DNA of 64,000 bases from Callorhinchus milii (GCF_018977255.1 NW_024704743.1:74216001-74280000); one strand, 5' to 3'. Shown: positions 24,213-38,015, numbered from the stretch's first letter. Made by a program: numbers and translations. Notes: a model not told the origin generated them from the letters alone.

Positions 24213-25114
24213 ATTGTAAAGAGATAATTCCCAATGTCTGTCCTGATGTTGCCCTTGTAATCCTGAACCTGTGCCCTCTAGTTGAGCTGCCTTGGCATAT
24301 CTATATCTGCATAAATGATAAGAGATCCCAATGAGACAGAATCATTGTGTTCTGTTGATCATTAATGAGGACAAGTGTCAGTTGTCACTTTTGATAAAAG
24401 AGCAGGAGTGAAAGATTTTGCAGAAACGAGGTTTAGTTATTGAACAAATAAGACAAAATGCGTCAACAGTGCTGATTGTAATTTCAACTTTTAGTGACAA
24501 TTTAAATTGTTTAAAGCAATGTTTGATTTGAGTTTTGGCTTCCTTAGACACCGAGAGAAACTCCCTTCTTATTTCAAAAAGTGCCATAACATCGCCTGAA
24601 GAACTGTCTTAGAAAAAAAATTTGTTTTCAATTTTTTTTGGAGTTGAATTCTAAGTGTTACGAAATGAAATATTTTCCCATTTCAGGTACCCAGTGTTAG
24701 CATCAAAAAGGCCCAAGTCACGTATAGCACAGTAAACTACACAGTAAAGCTCCCTCTAATCAAGACAAATAAAATCACTTAGCTCCAGCATTCGACCAGA
24801 AACTCCTATTATATTAATCCTTACATTTGGTATAGTGCCCTATCAAGTCATCGAAATGCACTTCACTGGGTTTACTGTGAAGTGTAGTGACTGTATTTGC
24901 AGGTGAATGCAGCAGTCAATTTGTGCACAGCAATGTTCCACAAACATCTATTAAGAGAATCATCAATTTTATTTAGGGTATTGTTGGCCAAGACACTGGG
25001 AGAAACTCTTTACTCTTGTTGAGGTGTATCATCAGATCTTTATCATTGGATGTCACCTATGACAATGCATTGCTCCCCAGAACTGTATTGCATTGCCAGT
25101 CTAGACTATACAAA

Positions 25115-25805
25115 TGACCCGCTCGGCTTTCCCCACCTCCGCAACATTGTCCAGCTCCGCCACTGTCTCACACTACAGGCCACCAAAACCCTCACACGCG
25201 CTTTCATTACAATCGAGGCTCAACTATGCCAACTCCTTGCTTGTCGGCCTCCCCAACTCCTCCCTCCACAGGCTGCAGATCATCCAGAACTCTGCAGCCC
25301 GTGTCCTTTCCTGCACTAGGCTCCGCGACCCTATCACCCCCCATCCTCGTTCAACTCCACTGGCTTCCCATCACACAGAGGATACAGTTCAAGATCCTGG
25401 ACCTCACCTTCAAAGCCCTCCATGGTTTTGCTCCCCCCTATCTCTCCGACCTCCTAACTCCCTACCATCCTGCTCGCTCCCTCCACTCAGCGGGCTCCAG
25501 CCTGCTTCATGCCCCTCGCCTTGCTCGCCCCACTATTGGCAGGCGGGTCTTCTGGCACTCTACCCCCACCCTCTGGGACTCCATCCCACAGTCCCTCTGC
25601 CTCACCCCCTCCATCGCCACCTTCAAGACCAATCTCATGACTCTCCTCTTCAACTGTGCTTTCAATCTCCCTGTTTCCCCCCCTGCCCTTCACCCTCCCC
25701 GACCCTGATTCTGACGGGACCGTAACTCTGTCTGTCCAGCGCCTTGGGATGTCCTCCTGATGTGAAAGGCGTTTTACAAATGTAATTTTGTTGTTGTTGT
25801 TGTTG
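25115..25805 (+). mobile_element. L2 3' fragment (subfamily A)
   Basis: Frameshifted HLRNIVQLRHCL / LNYANSLLVGLP / LHWLPITQRIQFKIL; (TTG)n tail. Confidence 0.92.
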
Positions 25806-26647
25806 ACATGGGGCTAGAATCCATCAGTTGGAGACCCCTGACTTAGACTATATGAGTTCCAAGTCCTGAAGTCCTGAATCCACAACCTTCTTTCTCAGAG
25901 GTGAGAAGGTGGGAATGCTACCAACTGAGCCAGGCTGATACAATGACTCATCGCACTCTCACGCTACTGTGAGTAATGTTAATACAAGTAATAAATTGTA
26001 TTAGAGTGAATATAGCAGTGTTGCTGACCTGCCACATCATGTCAATAAAAGCAATGTTTGAGTTAAATATTGTTTTGTCTTAAATGCTTCACAGGGTCAG
26101 GAATATTAAATAATATGTCTAATAGCATACCATTATTAAGACTTTTCATACAGGCTTTCAAGAATTTTATTTAATTTGACCTGTGTCCATAACTCATAGA
26201 AGCAGACAAAGAGTTTTACTTCAAACTACAAGGTTTGGAGTGTTTGTAAGATTCTTTGAAAGTTTCCTGTTTCCTTCTCCCAACTATCTGTTTGCACTTG
26301 TGCGTTATCATCTCCATTAATACATATGTTTGGTTAAGATTGTCTAAAGCAATGAGAACATTTTTTTTGATCTGCTGGGTGTCTGACACAGGGGAAACCC
26401 ACCACAATGCTTAAATCTATCCAAACCAAACTGAGAGTTCCATACATCCCACCTACACATTTCTGTGTCATGGAATGGAATGGCAATCTGTCCCTGGAGG
26501 GTTTGTTTTGGGGTACTGCTGGAGTCTAACCAGCTAAAGCCGCATAACTTGGCATTGATATCGCTGTCTGACAAGCTTTCCCACTGCTTGTCCAGCTAGG
26601 ACAATAGTGCTTTGCCGTGCAGTTAGCAGAGTTAATGATTCCTTGCC

Positions 26648-26762
26648 AGCAGCCTGTAGTGCGAGACAATGGCAGAGCCGGGCGATGTTGCGGAAGTGGG
26701 GGAAGGTAGAACGGGTCATGGCACAGATGTGGGGTAGAAAGGACAGTTGAGGGTTAAACAAA
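26648..26762 (-). mobile_element. Short internal L2 fragment
   Basis: LFNPQLSFLPHICAMTRSTFPHFRNIARLCHCL. Confidence 0.75.
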
Positions 26763-26764
26763 AC

Positions 26765-27435
26765 GAGCCTGCCCCGCCATTCAATCATGGCTGATCTCCT
26801 TATCTAACTCCAGCTAATACCATAGCCCTGCCTTATCCCCATATCCCTTAATCCCTTTTGCAATAAGAAATATATCGATCTCAGTCTTGAATATGTTCAA
26901 GGACTGAGCCTCAACAGCCCTTTGGGGTAGTGAGTTCCATACATCCACCACCCTCCGAATGAAGAAGTTCTTCCTCAACTCAGTGCGAAAGGGCTGGCCT
27001 CTGATTTTAAGGTTGTGACACCTGGTTTTAGTTTCTCCAACCAGTTGGGAAACAATCTCCCACTATCTACTCTATCATGCCCTTTGATGATCTTATAGGT
27101 TTCTGTAAGATCCCCTCTTATTCTTCTATATTCTAGAGAATATAGGCCCAAATTGATCAGCCTATCATCGTAATTCATCCCCTTCATCCCTGGCTCTAAC
27201 CTAGTAAATCTACACTACACCCCCTCCAAGGCAAGTACATCCTTCCTTAAATGAGGAGACCAAAACTGCACACAGTATTCCAGGTTTGGTCTCACCAGGG
27301 CCCTATACAGTTGCAGCAAGACTTCCCTACTCTTATACTCTAATTCTTTCATAATGAATGTTAACATACCGGTCCTCCCTAATTGTTTGCTGCACCTGCA
27401 GACTAACTTTCTGTGATTGGTGTACAAATATCCAA
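26765..27435 (-). mobile_element. CR1 LINE 3' fragment
   Basis: LEYKSREVLLQLYRALVRPNLEYCVQFWSP and LEYRRIRGDL; closely related to 1-1380. Confidence 0.92.
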
Positions 27436-28759
27436 AACAGGAGCACAAACCAATATCTCTGAGAACTGAAAAAGTCTTTGAAAGAATTTTGAAAACAGTG
27501 AAAACTTGTTGCACATATAAGGTTCTTGGAGCAGTGGGTTGAATGTACTTGATCCCTGGATAGAAAATTTTCCTAATGGAAAGTTACTGAACCACTAAAG
27601 CAAATGAATGAAGAATCACTTCATAAATCTGTAAAGTACTCCGTGATCTCTGATCCTGATAAACATTTCAAAGCAACTATTGTTCCTTGATCAGGTGTTT
27701 GAGGGTGAGACTGTCTGCCTTCCTTAAACTCAGCAAGGTTTAAACTGATCAAGGTTTAACCTTGTCTGGCTTCCTACATGTAATGAACTCCAAACAGCGT
27801 AATAGGCGAGAGAAACTTGCCATGTTCAGAAACTCGGGGTCAGCAGAGATAGTTTGGTGTCTGGCCTGTGAGATCTTCATCAGCAGATTTCAGACCTTGG
27901 TACTTTACCCAAATGATCAACATTCACATATAAGCCTGGACAACAACAACAACAGCTTGTATTCATATAGTGCCCTTCATGAGGGGTAGTACCTCAGAGT
28001 GACAGAAAAGTGTTTATTTGACAATAAGAAGCATTCCCGATCCTAGTTTATGCACACAAGTGAGTTTTCCAGCAGAGTCTCTGGAGAGCAATCAGCAGTG
28101 GGAGCCTTGCCCTCCCTTCCCAACCCAGTTATATTGAGGCGAGTTGTATCCTCAACTCCTGTCAAACTCTGATTTACAGGTGGTCAGATAAACGACTAAC
28201 AACCCAGAGCAATCATTCAAAAAGTGAAATGATTTTATTTCTCCCTGTGTCCTGGCAAATAACCAAACAAAATAAATTGATCATTCACTACTGGTTGCTT
28301 GTGGGGCATAGCTGTGCACAAATTGGCCGCCATATTCGTCCATAATAATAATAATGATAAATCATCTTTGCATTTGATATAGTTCCTTTCATGTCAGGAG
28401 GATGTTTCAAATGCTTCACAAGGTGTTATGCTGTAAAGTGGAGTAACTCTGTGCCACTATACATTTCGATATTTACTATGAAGCACCTTGAGGCTTTTTG
28501 ACATTTTAGGGGCTATATCAAATGCAATGATTACTATTATTTACATTCATCGCACACATAAATAGGAAAGCTATTTGGATTATGTAAATATTAAGTAATT
28601 ATTTTACTTGGAAACATATGAATATACACAAGTTTCTTTTCCCACAAATAATAAGAATTATTTCAATGCCATATATCTCTCATATCCATCATTAAGGAAT
28701 TATCTTCCAAATATGGTGGATACCTAGTTCCCTTTTGAATTTGAATTTTGAACTCATAG

Positions 28760-29108
28760 TCTAGGGCCTAGGCTGACACTCCAATAGAGTGCTGTGAGAG
28801 TGCTTAAGGTGTTGTCCTTCAGGTAGGATATTAAACTGAGATCCTGTCTGCTGGTATAGGTGGACATGTCCCATGATACTATTTGAAAAGAGAAAGGAGT
28901 TTCTCCTAGTGTCTTGGCTAACAATCCTCCAAATAAATAGGTAAATCATTCACTTCATGGTTGTTTGTGAGATCTTGCTGTGCGCAGATTAGCTGCTGGC
29001 TTTGCCTTCAAATACACAGTTACTACATTTGACAATAATTACAGTGAAACGCTTAGACACGACATAACGTATACATGCTGTATTAAATGCAAGGATTATT
29101 ATTATTAT
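28760..29108 (+). mobile_element. Older Deu-type SINE
   Basis: gctgacactcca..ctatttgaaaagagaaaggagtttctcc..gtttgtgagatcttgctgtgcgcagattagctgc..aaatgcaaggattattatt. Confidence 0.72.
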
Positions 29109-30479
29109 TTTGATAATGCCTCATTGATTTTAAGAAGTATATGAACTGAGTTTACACTGAGTGTTCATTAGTGAATGGTGAACATTGCAAATCGTTTCAG
29201 TTGCACAGGAGAAAATGAAATGCAGAATCTCTCCCAGCGAGACTTCTTGTCCTGGGTTGCAATGCAATAGCTGAAGTGCTGTCACATCACTTCATAAAAT
29301 GCAGCTGGGATATCAGGCTCATGTACGTGTTCTACACAGATGACAGGTCCGTCGAGCAAGCTGATGAGTGCCGGAGAAAAAGGATAACACGATTTTAGAT
29401 TCAGCTAGAAATGGAAGAGACATGCCATTAATAATAGTGCCTCAGCCACAGCTGGAGCTGTTGCAGTCAATCATGTCTCCTGGTTTAACCTTGCAGAAAA
29501 TAACCCCAAATGAAATGATAAAGGAAAGCAGGGAGCTGATGGACAGGAGCCTGTCTAGTGATGCAGAGATACCCGTTGTCCCTTAATCTATAATTGCAGA
29601 AGCAGGAAGCAGCATCCGTGATTATTTGAGCGAAGCCTCTGGGGAATGACTGATTTTTATTCCTTTTATATTTTCTCATCATTATCTTTTCCGCTGAGAT
29701 ATTTGCATATGCAATCAAGCTGTTGTGAAATGGCAAGACGGACAAAAACCTAAGCTAGGTTTTCAAATGACATTGTTGGTATTTACAGTCTCGGAGGGGA
29801 TCTTAGAGAGCTACTGAATAGAAGAATTTAAACAGGAATGAGAAAGTAAACTCAAAATAATACATTTTGATTTGCCAAGGCAGCAGAACAAGAGGACACT
29901 AGTTTACGGTTGCAAAGAACAATTGCAGAACCAGGAAATATTCCTTTGGTGACTGGATTAATGATGGGAACAGGTTACCAGGAAGAGTGGTTGAGGCCAG
30001 GACACTGTGTTTAAAAAACAAGGTTGATAAAGTGATAGGAGGACGGCCGGGTAGCAATTCTGTAGGGTTTTCTTCACCCAAACCAATCTTGTGATCTTGT
30101 GAATTAAGGCGATGAAGTCAAGAGCAAAGATTGAAAAGGATTTGAGGTGTTTCTGTAATAGTGGGCTCCAAATTGCGAGAATCACTAAATAATTGGTAAA
30201 CACTGAAACACTGAATGTGTCACTGGCCAACCCTCCAGAACTCTGCTCAGTCATTGATCCCAAGTTTGAATTTCTGAAAGCAGCATCTGAGAGTCGCTTC
30301 AACAACAACAACAACTTGCATTTATATATCACCTCCTCATGCAGGGTAGTGTCCCAGAGTGCTTTCAGAGAATTGGCTGTGCATTGAACCAGCTGAAACC
30401 ACAAAGTTTGCCATTGAGAGCATTGATTGGCGACCTTCCTGCTGCTTGTCCAGCTACTCCTTAAGACTTTGGATTGCAG

Positions 30480-30785
30480 GGTTATCAGGAGCCGAGAGGG
30501 AGGAATCCCTGCCTCCAGTGGGGGTAAATTCAGAACAAATCTGCAGAAACACTACTTCAGTGAGGGAGTAGTAAACTTATGGAACAGGCTCCTAGGGAGA
30601 CAGTGGAAGCAGAAAATGTCATTTGTTTCAAGAGCAAATTAGATAGATTTCTGCTAGAAAATAATATCTCGGCATACAGTATATATTTTCGGACACGATA
30701 TGTCAAGGATGGTGGAACGGTGGAAGGCGAACTAGGTGGACCTTGATCTTTTTTTGCCTAGCAAATTCTGATGTTCTTATGTTCC
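30480..30785 (+). mobile_element. CR1-like 3' remnant
   Basis: aaacactacttcagtgagggagtagtaaacttatggaac..ctgatgttcttatgttc tail. Confidence 0.7.
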
Positions 30786-31118
30786 AGTGACCGGTCTGCC
30801 CTCCCAAGTCCTGCTGATGAGCCAGGCTGGCTGGTCTGTCATCAGCAGTGCCCTGGTGTACTCCAGACCCAACTGGTTCAGGAACTGGACAATCAAGACC
30901 GCCATAGAGAGCTGGCTCCATTCCGACATTCGTTGCCTAGTGTTTCAGTTTGGAATCAGTTCAGCTCAAGGGAGACCCTGCTTACCCACAGGGTTATTAT
31001 CACCTATAGCAGGTCAGGAAGGGTAGTTAAGGCCAGGACACCAGACTGGTATCATTGCAGTGTAAACCTACCATTAATGGTGTATCTTGTGTCTCCTTTT
31101 CTGAATTCAGCTGTGTGA

Positions 31119-31341
31119 GTGGGTTTCAGCCACTACACCCTGAAACTCTGTAACATTCTTCCTCTATCCCTTCACCTTGTCTCCCTCTTTGCCATCTTCA
31201 AGTTGCACCTCAAGACCTTCTACTTCAACCGTATCTACGGTCACCTACCACACACCCCCCCGCTCGGAGACGTGCTCCGCCACTGTCAAGTGCTCTAGGA
31301 CGCTACCCTGGGTGAGGAGCGGTTTTTAAATGCAAGTTGTT
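31119..31341 (+). mobile_element. L2 3' end flanked by a 38-bp direct repeat
   Basis: ttcagccactacacccctgaaactctg-like start, aaatgcaagttgttg end. Flanks 31080-31117 and 31342-31379 match 35/38. Confidence 0.82.
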
Positions 31342-33029
31342 GTGTATCTCGTTTCTTCTTTTCTGAATTCAGCTGTGTGTGAAAGCAATCAAGTGAAAAC
31401 TGCCATCAGCCCAAGGCCAGCGGATAGGATTGGTCATGGATGTAAATCTGAAATGTCCTTCACGGCTGGGCTACTCTTCTTCAGTGTGAGACTAAACAAG
31501 CTCTCTGAGTCGAGTGGGAGAACTGCTCATGGACATTAGAGGATATGTGGACATTCCTGGGAGAAGCTGTGTTATCTGTTTTAATTTACTTACAATTTAC
31601 AAAATCTGTGTTAATTTACAAAACAACAATTGAAGAATTGTAATATCAACCTACTTCCAAACATTCTGGGGTGAAAGCATGGTAACATAGCAGGAAGGCT
31701 CAAATCTAATGTCAATTAACACTGTACTGTGCGAATCCATAGAAATTTTCAACACAGAAGAAGAACATTTGACCCATCCATTTCAGCTCTGCTCCAAAAA
31801 GGTCCTTTTAAAGTTCTTCAGCTCCCTAATGGGTTCTTTAACAAAACCAAAAAGTGCCTTGTTTCATTTTCCTTTCAGTGCACCTGGTTGCAGATAGGCA
31901 GAGCTCTAATATTGGGAGTTGTTTATTTTTGGCACTTTTGTGTTGACCAAAAGGAGATTGCTCTGACATAGGTAGATCCTAGCAGAGCAGAGATGCATTG
32001 GTCAGACTGACTCACATCCAGTCAGGTTGTGCTGGTCACAGAGTTTAAGAAATAGATAACATTGAACTTTACAAATGTATGTTACATACCTCATTTAACA
32101 CATTTAAAATGAGACCATGAGCATTTTAGATTATGATTGAGTCTCTCACAAGAAACTGCATTTCACAGAACCTTATAACACTGAAACATTGCAAAGTGCT
32201 TTAAGTATAGTGACTGTTTCTGAAAGCAAATGCAGCAGCAAAACCCAACAAGCTAAGAGTGAATAAACAATATAGGAACTCCCTTCCCTTTCTCATGAGA
32301 GCTTCAACATCTAGCTGAACAAAAAGTTAGATGGGAGCTCGAATTAACATTTCATCCCAAATATCATGTCCAATAATGCAGTGCTTTCCCCAAGACTGCA
32401 CTGGATTGTCAGTCAGACTAAACTGTGAGCTCAAGTTGCTGGAGCTCATAACCTGACAATCAGAGAAAAAAATTCTACCATCTTAGCCAAGCTGACACAG
32501 AATGATGATTGTAGGTTTAGTTCTGCTACCCAAAGAACTCAAAGAAGCCCCAAAGTTATATTGTACTTTAAAATTCAATTCTTGTAGCTGTAGCCATTTT
32601 GGAGGCAAACAGGAACATTTTGAATTCTGATAATGCTATGTGGAAACCAAATTAAACCAAAGCAAACCTTAAGTTTACCATCCCCAAAAATCCAAAACAA
32701 TCATTTAAATTTTGGTATTCTAGTTAATGTAATTATACTGATGTGCATGACAACCCCTTTCCTTCTGTGTTCTGTTACAACAACCACATCTATGCGAGCA
32801 TGTTTAGCTTCTTCAAGCTGAAGAAGAAGCTTCTCTCCCACTCATTAACTACATTATCTCTGATATCTCCCATTCATCTCATTACATTGTCCATTCGTTG
32901 CATGTCTTGGTAACCTTGACTACAGTTTCCAGGCACACGTTCACATAGTAGCACTGTTTCCAGACTGCTCTTCCCCACTAAGTGATCAAAGTACCATAGC
33001 TTCAAATGGATGAAGTTTTCAGCAGTTCT

Positions 33030-33545
33030 GCAAACACCCTGCTTGTCAGCCTCCCCAACTCCTCCTTCCATAGGCTACAGATCATCCAGAACTCTGTAGC
33101 CCATGTCCTCTTCAGGATCCGTGAACCTATCACCCCCGTCCTCACCCGGCTCCACTGGCTGCCCATCACACAGAGGATACAGTTCAAGAGGATACTGGTC
33201 CTCACCTTCAAAGCCCTCCATGGCCTCTCTCCCCACTACCTTTGCGACCTTCTACCCCCCTACCACCCTGCCTGCTCCCTCCATTCAGCACGCTCCAGCC
33301 TGCTTCACGTCCCCCACCTCGCCCTCCCCAACATTGGCGGGTGGGCTTCAGCCACTCTGCCCCCACCCTCTAGAACTCCATCCCGCAATCCCTCCGCTTC
33401 ACCCTCTCCATTGCCTCCTTCACGACCTATCATGCCTTCAGTCACCCTCCTTCCCACCCTGCCCTCCACCTTCCCCGAACCTCCACCTTCCCCTGATTCT
33501 CCAGTGCCTTGGGGCTTCCTCCTGATGTGAAAGGCGCAATACAAT
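33030..33545 (+). mobile_element. L2 3' fragment (subfamily A)
   Basis: ANTLLVSLPNSSFHRLQIIQNS..LHWLPITQRIQFK; 3' cctcctgatgtgaaaggcgc. Confidence 0.9.
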
Positions 33546-34070
33546 GTATTGACTATTGTTGGCTAGGACACATGAACAGGCAATCATGACCTCAGCTTAA
33601 TGTCTCAGCCGAAAGATGACACCTCAGCTAATGCCTGCTCCTCCCAGCACTGCACTGGTACCTCACTTTACTTAGACTATGAGCCCAAAGACCAGGAGAC
33701 CAGGAAAACCTCCCTTCTCTTTTTAAATAGTGCTACAGAATTTTTAATTGAACAGGCAGATAGGACCTCAGTGCTTTTCTAACACTGCAGTGTCAGCTTA
33801 GACGATGAGCAAAAACTCTCAACACGGGGCTTGAACCACAACGTACAGTCTTCTGACTCATAGGCCAGAATGCTACAATGACAACAACAACTTATGTTTA
33901 TACAGCGCCTTTCACACAAGATAGCATCTTAGTGCACTGTATTATAACTGAAACAGCCTGATACCCACAACCAATGTGATGAATTGTGAGAATCAGGGCT
34001 TCTAGCACAAGGTTATAGTTATAATGTTCCACCTTAAAGGGGGTTTCACCACTACATCACAAGGGCTTCT

Positions 34071-35500
34071 TGCCGCCAACTGTGGCTCGAGCACTGTGCA
34101 CCTACCGCCTCTCTCTTTCACAGGCCAAAACTGACTTTTACAACAAAGTCAGCCTGGAGGCAAACAACAATTCAAAGACGCTGTTTTCCACTGTCCACCA
34201 CCTCTTCCATGCACCCCGTCAAGCCCCCTCGAATTTTACATCAAACACTTGTCAAAGTCACAAATGACATTCTCTCTATCTGTGACCAGGACTTCCTCTG
34301 CCTCCTCGTCCTCCTGGATCTCTCTGCTGCGTTCGAGACAGTCGACCATGCCATCCTCCTCCATCGGCTCTCCTCCTTCATCCACCTTAGTGGGACTGTA
34401 CTCACGTGGTTCGAGTCCTACTTAACCAACTGCCTCCACTTTATCTCTGCAAATGGTTTCTCCTCCCACCCCCACCCAGTCACCTGTGGGTACCCCAGGG
34501 CTCCATCTTTGGCCCTCTTCTTTCCCGGGCGATGTCATCTGTTCACACATGTATGTGGATGACACACAAATCTACTTTGCCTCCTTCAGCATCGACTCCG
34601 GGTCTGCCGATGTTCTATTAGCTTTTCTGGCAGACATCAGGGCCTGGATGAGTGTAAACTTCCTGCAGCTGAATATGGACAAGACGGAAGCCATGCTCCT
34701 TGGTTGCCATCAATGTCTTCACTCCTGCGGATCTGAACTCCTCAACCTCCCTGGGCTCTTCCTCAGACTCATCAAATCAGTGCGCAAACTAGGCATCCGT
34801 TTCGACCCCCAAATGCCCTTCCTCTCCCACATCTGGTCCGTGACCAGGACCGCCTGCCTCCACCTCCACCACATTGCCCACCTCTGACCATACCTTACCC
34901 CAAATGCCGCCGAAACCTTTGTGCATGCGTTTGTCACCTCCTGTTTTGGTTACTCCAACGCACTCCTCGCCGGTCTCCCCAGCCGCACTATTCACAAGAT
35001 GCAGCTCATTCAGAACTCCGCATACTGACCCGGACCAAACTCTATACCCACATCTCACCAGTTCTGGCCAGGCTCCACTGGCTCCCCATCACTGAACGGA
35101 TCAACTTCAAGATCCTCACACTCGTGTTCGAATCCATTTACACTTTAGCACCTCCCTACCTCTCCAATCTCCTCACTCCCCAATCCTCCACCTGACGCAT
35201 CCACTCGACTGGCACCGGCCTCCTGCTTGTCCCTCGCACCCTCCATCCCACCATCAGAGGTTGTGCTTTCAGCCACTGCGCCCCAAAACTCTGGAACACT
35301 CTTCCTTAATCCTTCTGCCTTGCCCCCTCCCTTCCCTCTTTCAAGTCCTGCCTGAAAACTTTCCTGATCGACTGTGCTTACGGCTACCTCCCCCTACCCC
35401 CTACTGGCTCGGAGTCTGGCTCTGCCACTGTTATGTGCTGTGAGATGCTACCCTGCGTGGAGGGCGCTATATAAGTGCAAGTTGTTGTTTTTGTTGTTGC
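34071..35500 (+). mobile_element. L2 LINE (subfamily B) with internal deletion
   Basis: TLVKVTNDIL..LLDLSAAFETVDH, GVPQGS-like motif, MYVDDTQIY; ends in gtggagggcgctatataagtgcaagttgttg. Confidence 0.92.
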
Positions 35501-36499
35501 CTTTGAGGTCAGGAGGACATCCCAGCGTACTTCACAGGATAGACTGTAATGTTTTGTGGCTGTATGTTTTGTTGGTGAATCGGCAGCCAACTTGCGTACA
35601 GCTAAACAACCAGAAAGTGAATGACCAATTTTATTCGCATTCTGTACAATAGCTATCAAGTGCTTTGAGACATCCTCCCGATGTGAAATTCACTATATAA
35701 ATGTAAGTTGTATTGTATTGTATGGAGAAGCTCATTATTAAAAAAAAGACTGAATTCTGCACTAACATTCTGAGGGATGATGAGTGCTTGACCTGATACT
35801 GTCAACCAAGAAAATTAAGCATAATTATACCAAGACGTAGCATTTTAAATATTTAATTTTCTGTCTCAAATACATGACTGACAATCATTGCTCTGTTAAT
35901 AAATTCATTTTAGACGTTGGTGACAATTAAACATAACCTTCATGTTAACTTCACTCAAAGCATTTTTTTTCATTATTAATAACTTATTTTACACGCCTGA
36001 ATATTGGTTGCACTTTGAGCTAGAGATTCAGCTGAGAAACCATCCCAGATAAGGGGGTGGAATTTGGAGCTGTGCCCACGGTCATATCATCTCTAATGAA
36101 CTGAGAGATTCCAACAAAAACCATTATGGATCAGATTTGCTCTGAAATCTCAAAATGAAAATCCCCCGGTGGGTATGGAGGATTATGCTCAAAAAGCAGC
36201 TAATGATTTGGTCACGCTTCAAATCAGTTTAACTCAGGGCAGAAATTATATGGATAATCAAATATATGACTGGGTCAGCATAAGAGATCAAAAGAATGTA
36301 TTGCATACCACAATAACAGGCTTTCCACTGTATGGTGCTGTTTACTGATGGAAAAAACAGGGAATATGATGCTTTGTGTGGTGTTCATGTTGCAGGTTTG
36401 GCAGCATATCAGCATTGTTTCAGAAGCAATTCTCTGATAAACATGTAGTACAATAGGGTCTTATGCAGTGTGAGGAGATGGCTTTAGGAGAAGTGCTAC

Positions 36500-37600
36500 T
36501 ACTGAGTGTTGGGTCGTAGTGGCCTCTACAATAACTGATCATGGGCAGTGTCTCAGGCATCTTGAGGCTCAAGGCCTGAATCAGTTTGAACTGTCACACA
36601 ACTATGTGTCTGACACCCTCGATGACTCCTCCAGTTGCGTTCAGGTATCGAGCCGCAGTACACCTAAACAGCAAATCCAAGAGCCCAGTGTACAGGCGAC
36701 TGTTCGTCCATCCAGCAGAAGTGTCTGGAGTAAGTGATGCCTTCGCACTATGTCACTGCACACATCGGTTGTCTGAGCTGACACTGTGTCCTTCTTAAAC
36801 CAGCATATTCCGAGAATCCGGCGATGGCACCTCACATGCGAGTCTCTATTCAGCAGCATCCATGTCTCCGAGCCTTATAGAAGCACCAACACCACTCAGG
36901 TCCTGTAAATACACAGGCTCATGGCCAGGGACATTCATGGCAGCCTCCAGGCCCTGTCAAACTTGTTCATCACCGAGCTCGCCATTCCGAAGCGTCTGTG
37001 GATGTCTGATCCACAGTAACCAGAGGAATCAATACCACATCTTTGGTAAGCGAACACCTGAACCTATTTGTCTCATCAGAGAATATTATGGAAGCAGACC
37101 CTTGTCCAGCAGAGACCTTCGGGAGCTTGGTCTGAGTCCCCAATGGCCAGAGTCCCATGGAGACAGCTGCCTTCTTGAAGCACTTCAGGATCGCTGGCCA
37201 CTTCACTGGGTCATCAGTGAACAGAACAGCATCATCAGCATAGGCGAGATCTGTAAACACCCTGTTGTTAATGAGTGCACTGAACTGGTTGGAGCACATG
37301 TCCATAACCTCGTCAGTAGTCCTGCAGAACAGCGATGGTGCGAGAACAAAACCCTGTCTGATGTTATACAGTGGGTTTTACCAATGTGATGGGTGTGGAT
37401 CACAATGCTCAAGGCCCAAATCAGCCCTGAACTGCCGCACACAGCTATGTCTCAGATGCCCTCGATGATGCCTCCATGTGTGGTTTGGTCTCATGCCGTA
37501 GAATGTGCACAGTGCTCACTCCCCCCGAGGGGGCCTCAGTATCAACACACAGAGTGCAGAATGCACTTAGCTCACTCCCCAAAGCACTGTTCAGTGTTCT
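36500..37600 (-). mobile_element. RTE-like non-LTR retrotransposon fragment
   Basis: Minus-strand IRQGFVLAPSLF..DLAYADDAVL (YADD at 37231-37242), DIHRRFGMASSVM, GSETWML and RCHRRILGICW, across frameshifts. Confidence 0.8.
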
Positions 37601-37684
37601 CCATCAACTCTGGTCAGAGCATTTTTGATTAAAGAGGAAATTGTGGGATTGCTCTTTAAGAAGGTTGAATAATAAGTATCTGGT

Positions 37685-38015
37685 TATAATAATAATCCTT
37701 GCATGTGTACAAAGCAATGGCCCACAAAGATCCATGAAGTGTGTGACCAATTTTATTTGGGGGATTGTTGACCAGGACACCGGAAGAAACTCCCTTCTCT
37801 TTTTGAATAGTGCCATGGGATCTTTAACATTAGTTTGAACAGACAGACAGGACCTCGGTTTAACATCTCAGCTGAAGAACAGCACCTCTGACAATGCATC
37901 GCACACCAGCACTGCAATGGAGTGTCAGCATAATCTATGAGCTCAAAGACCTACACAGAGCTTGAACCCACAACTTGCTGATTCAGAGACAAGAGCGTGA
38001 GTTACTAAACCAGGA
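37685..38015 (-). mobile_element. Older Deu-type SINE
   Basis: gaccaggacaccggaagaaactcccttctc..gccatgggatctttaac..gagtgtcagc..cttgaacccacaac (reverse tRNA-like head). Confidence 0.7.

Noticed and set aside
30811..30848. Hammerhead ribozyme (CTGATGA core)
   Set aside because: ctgctgatga is simply paired with tcatcagcag, and no GAAA follows a stem II. The CTGATGA sites near 12381 and 29361 also lack the required geometry.
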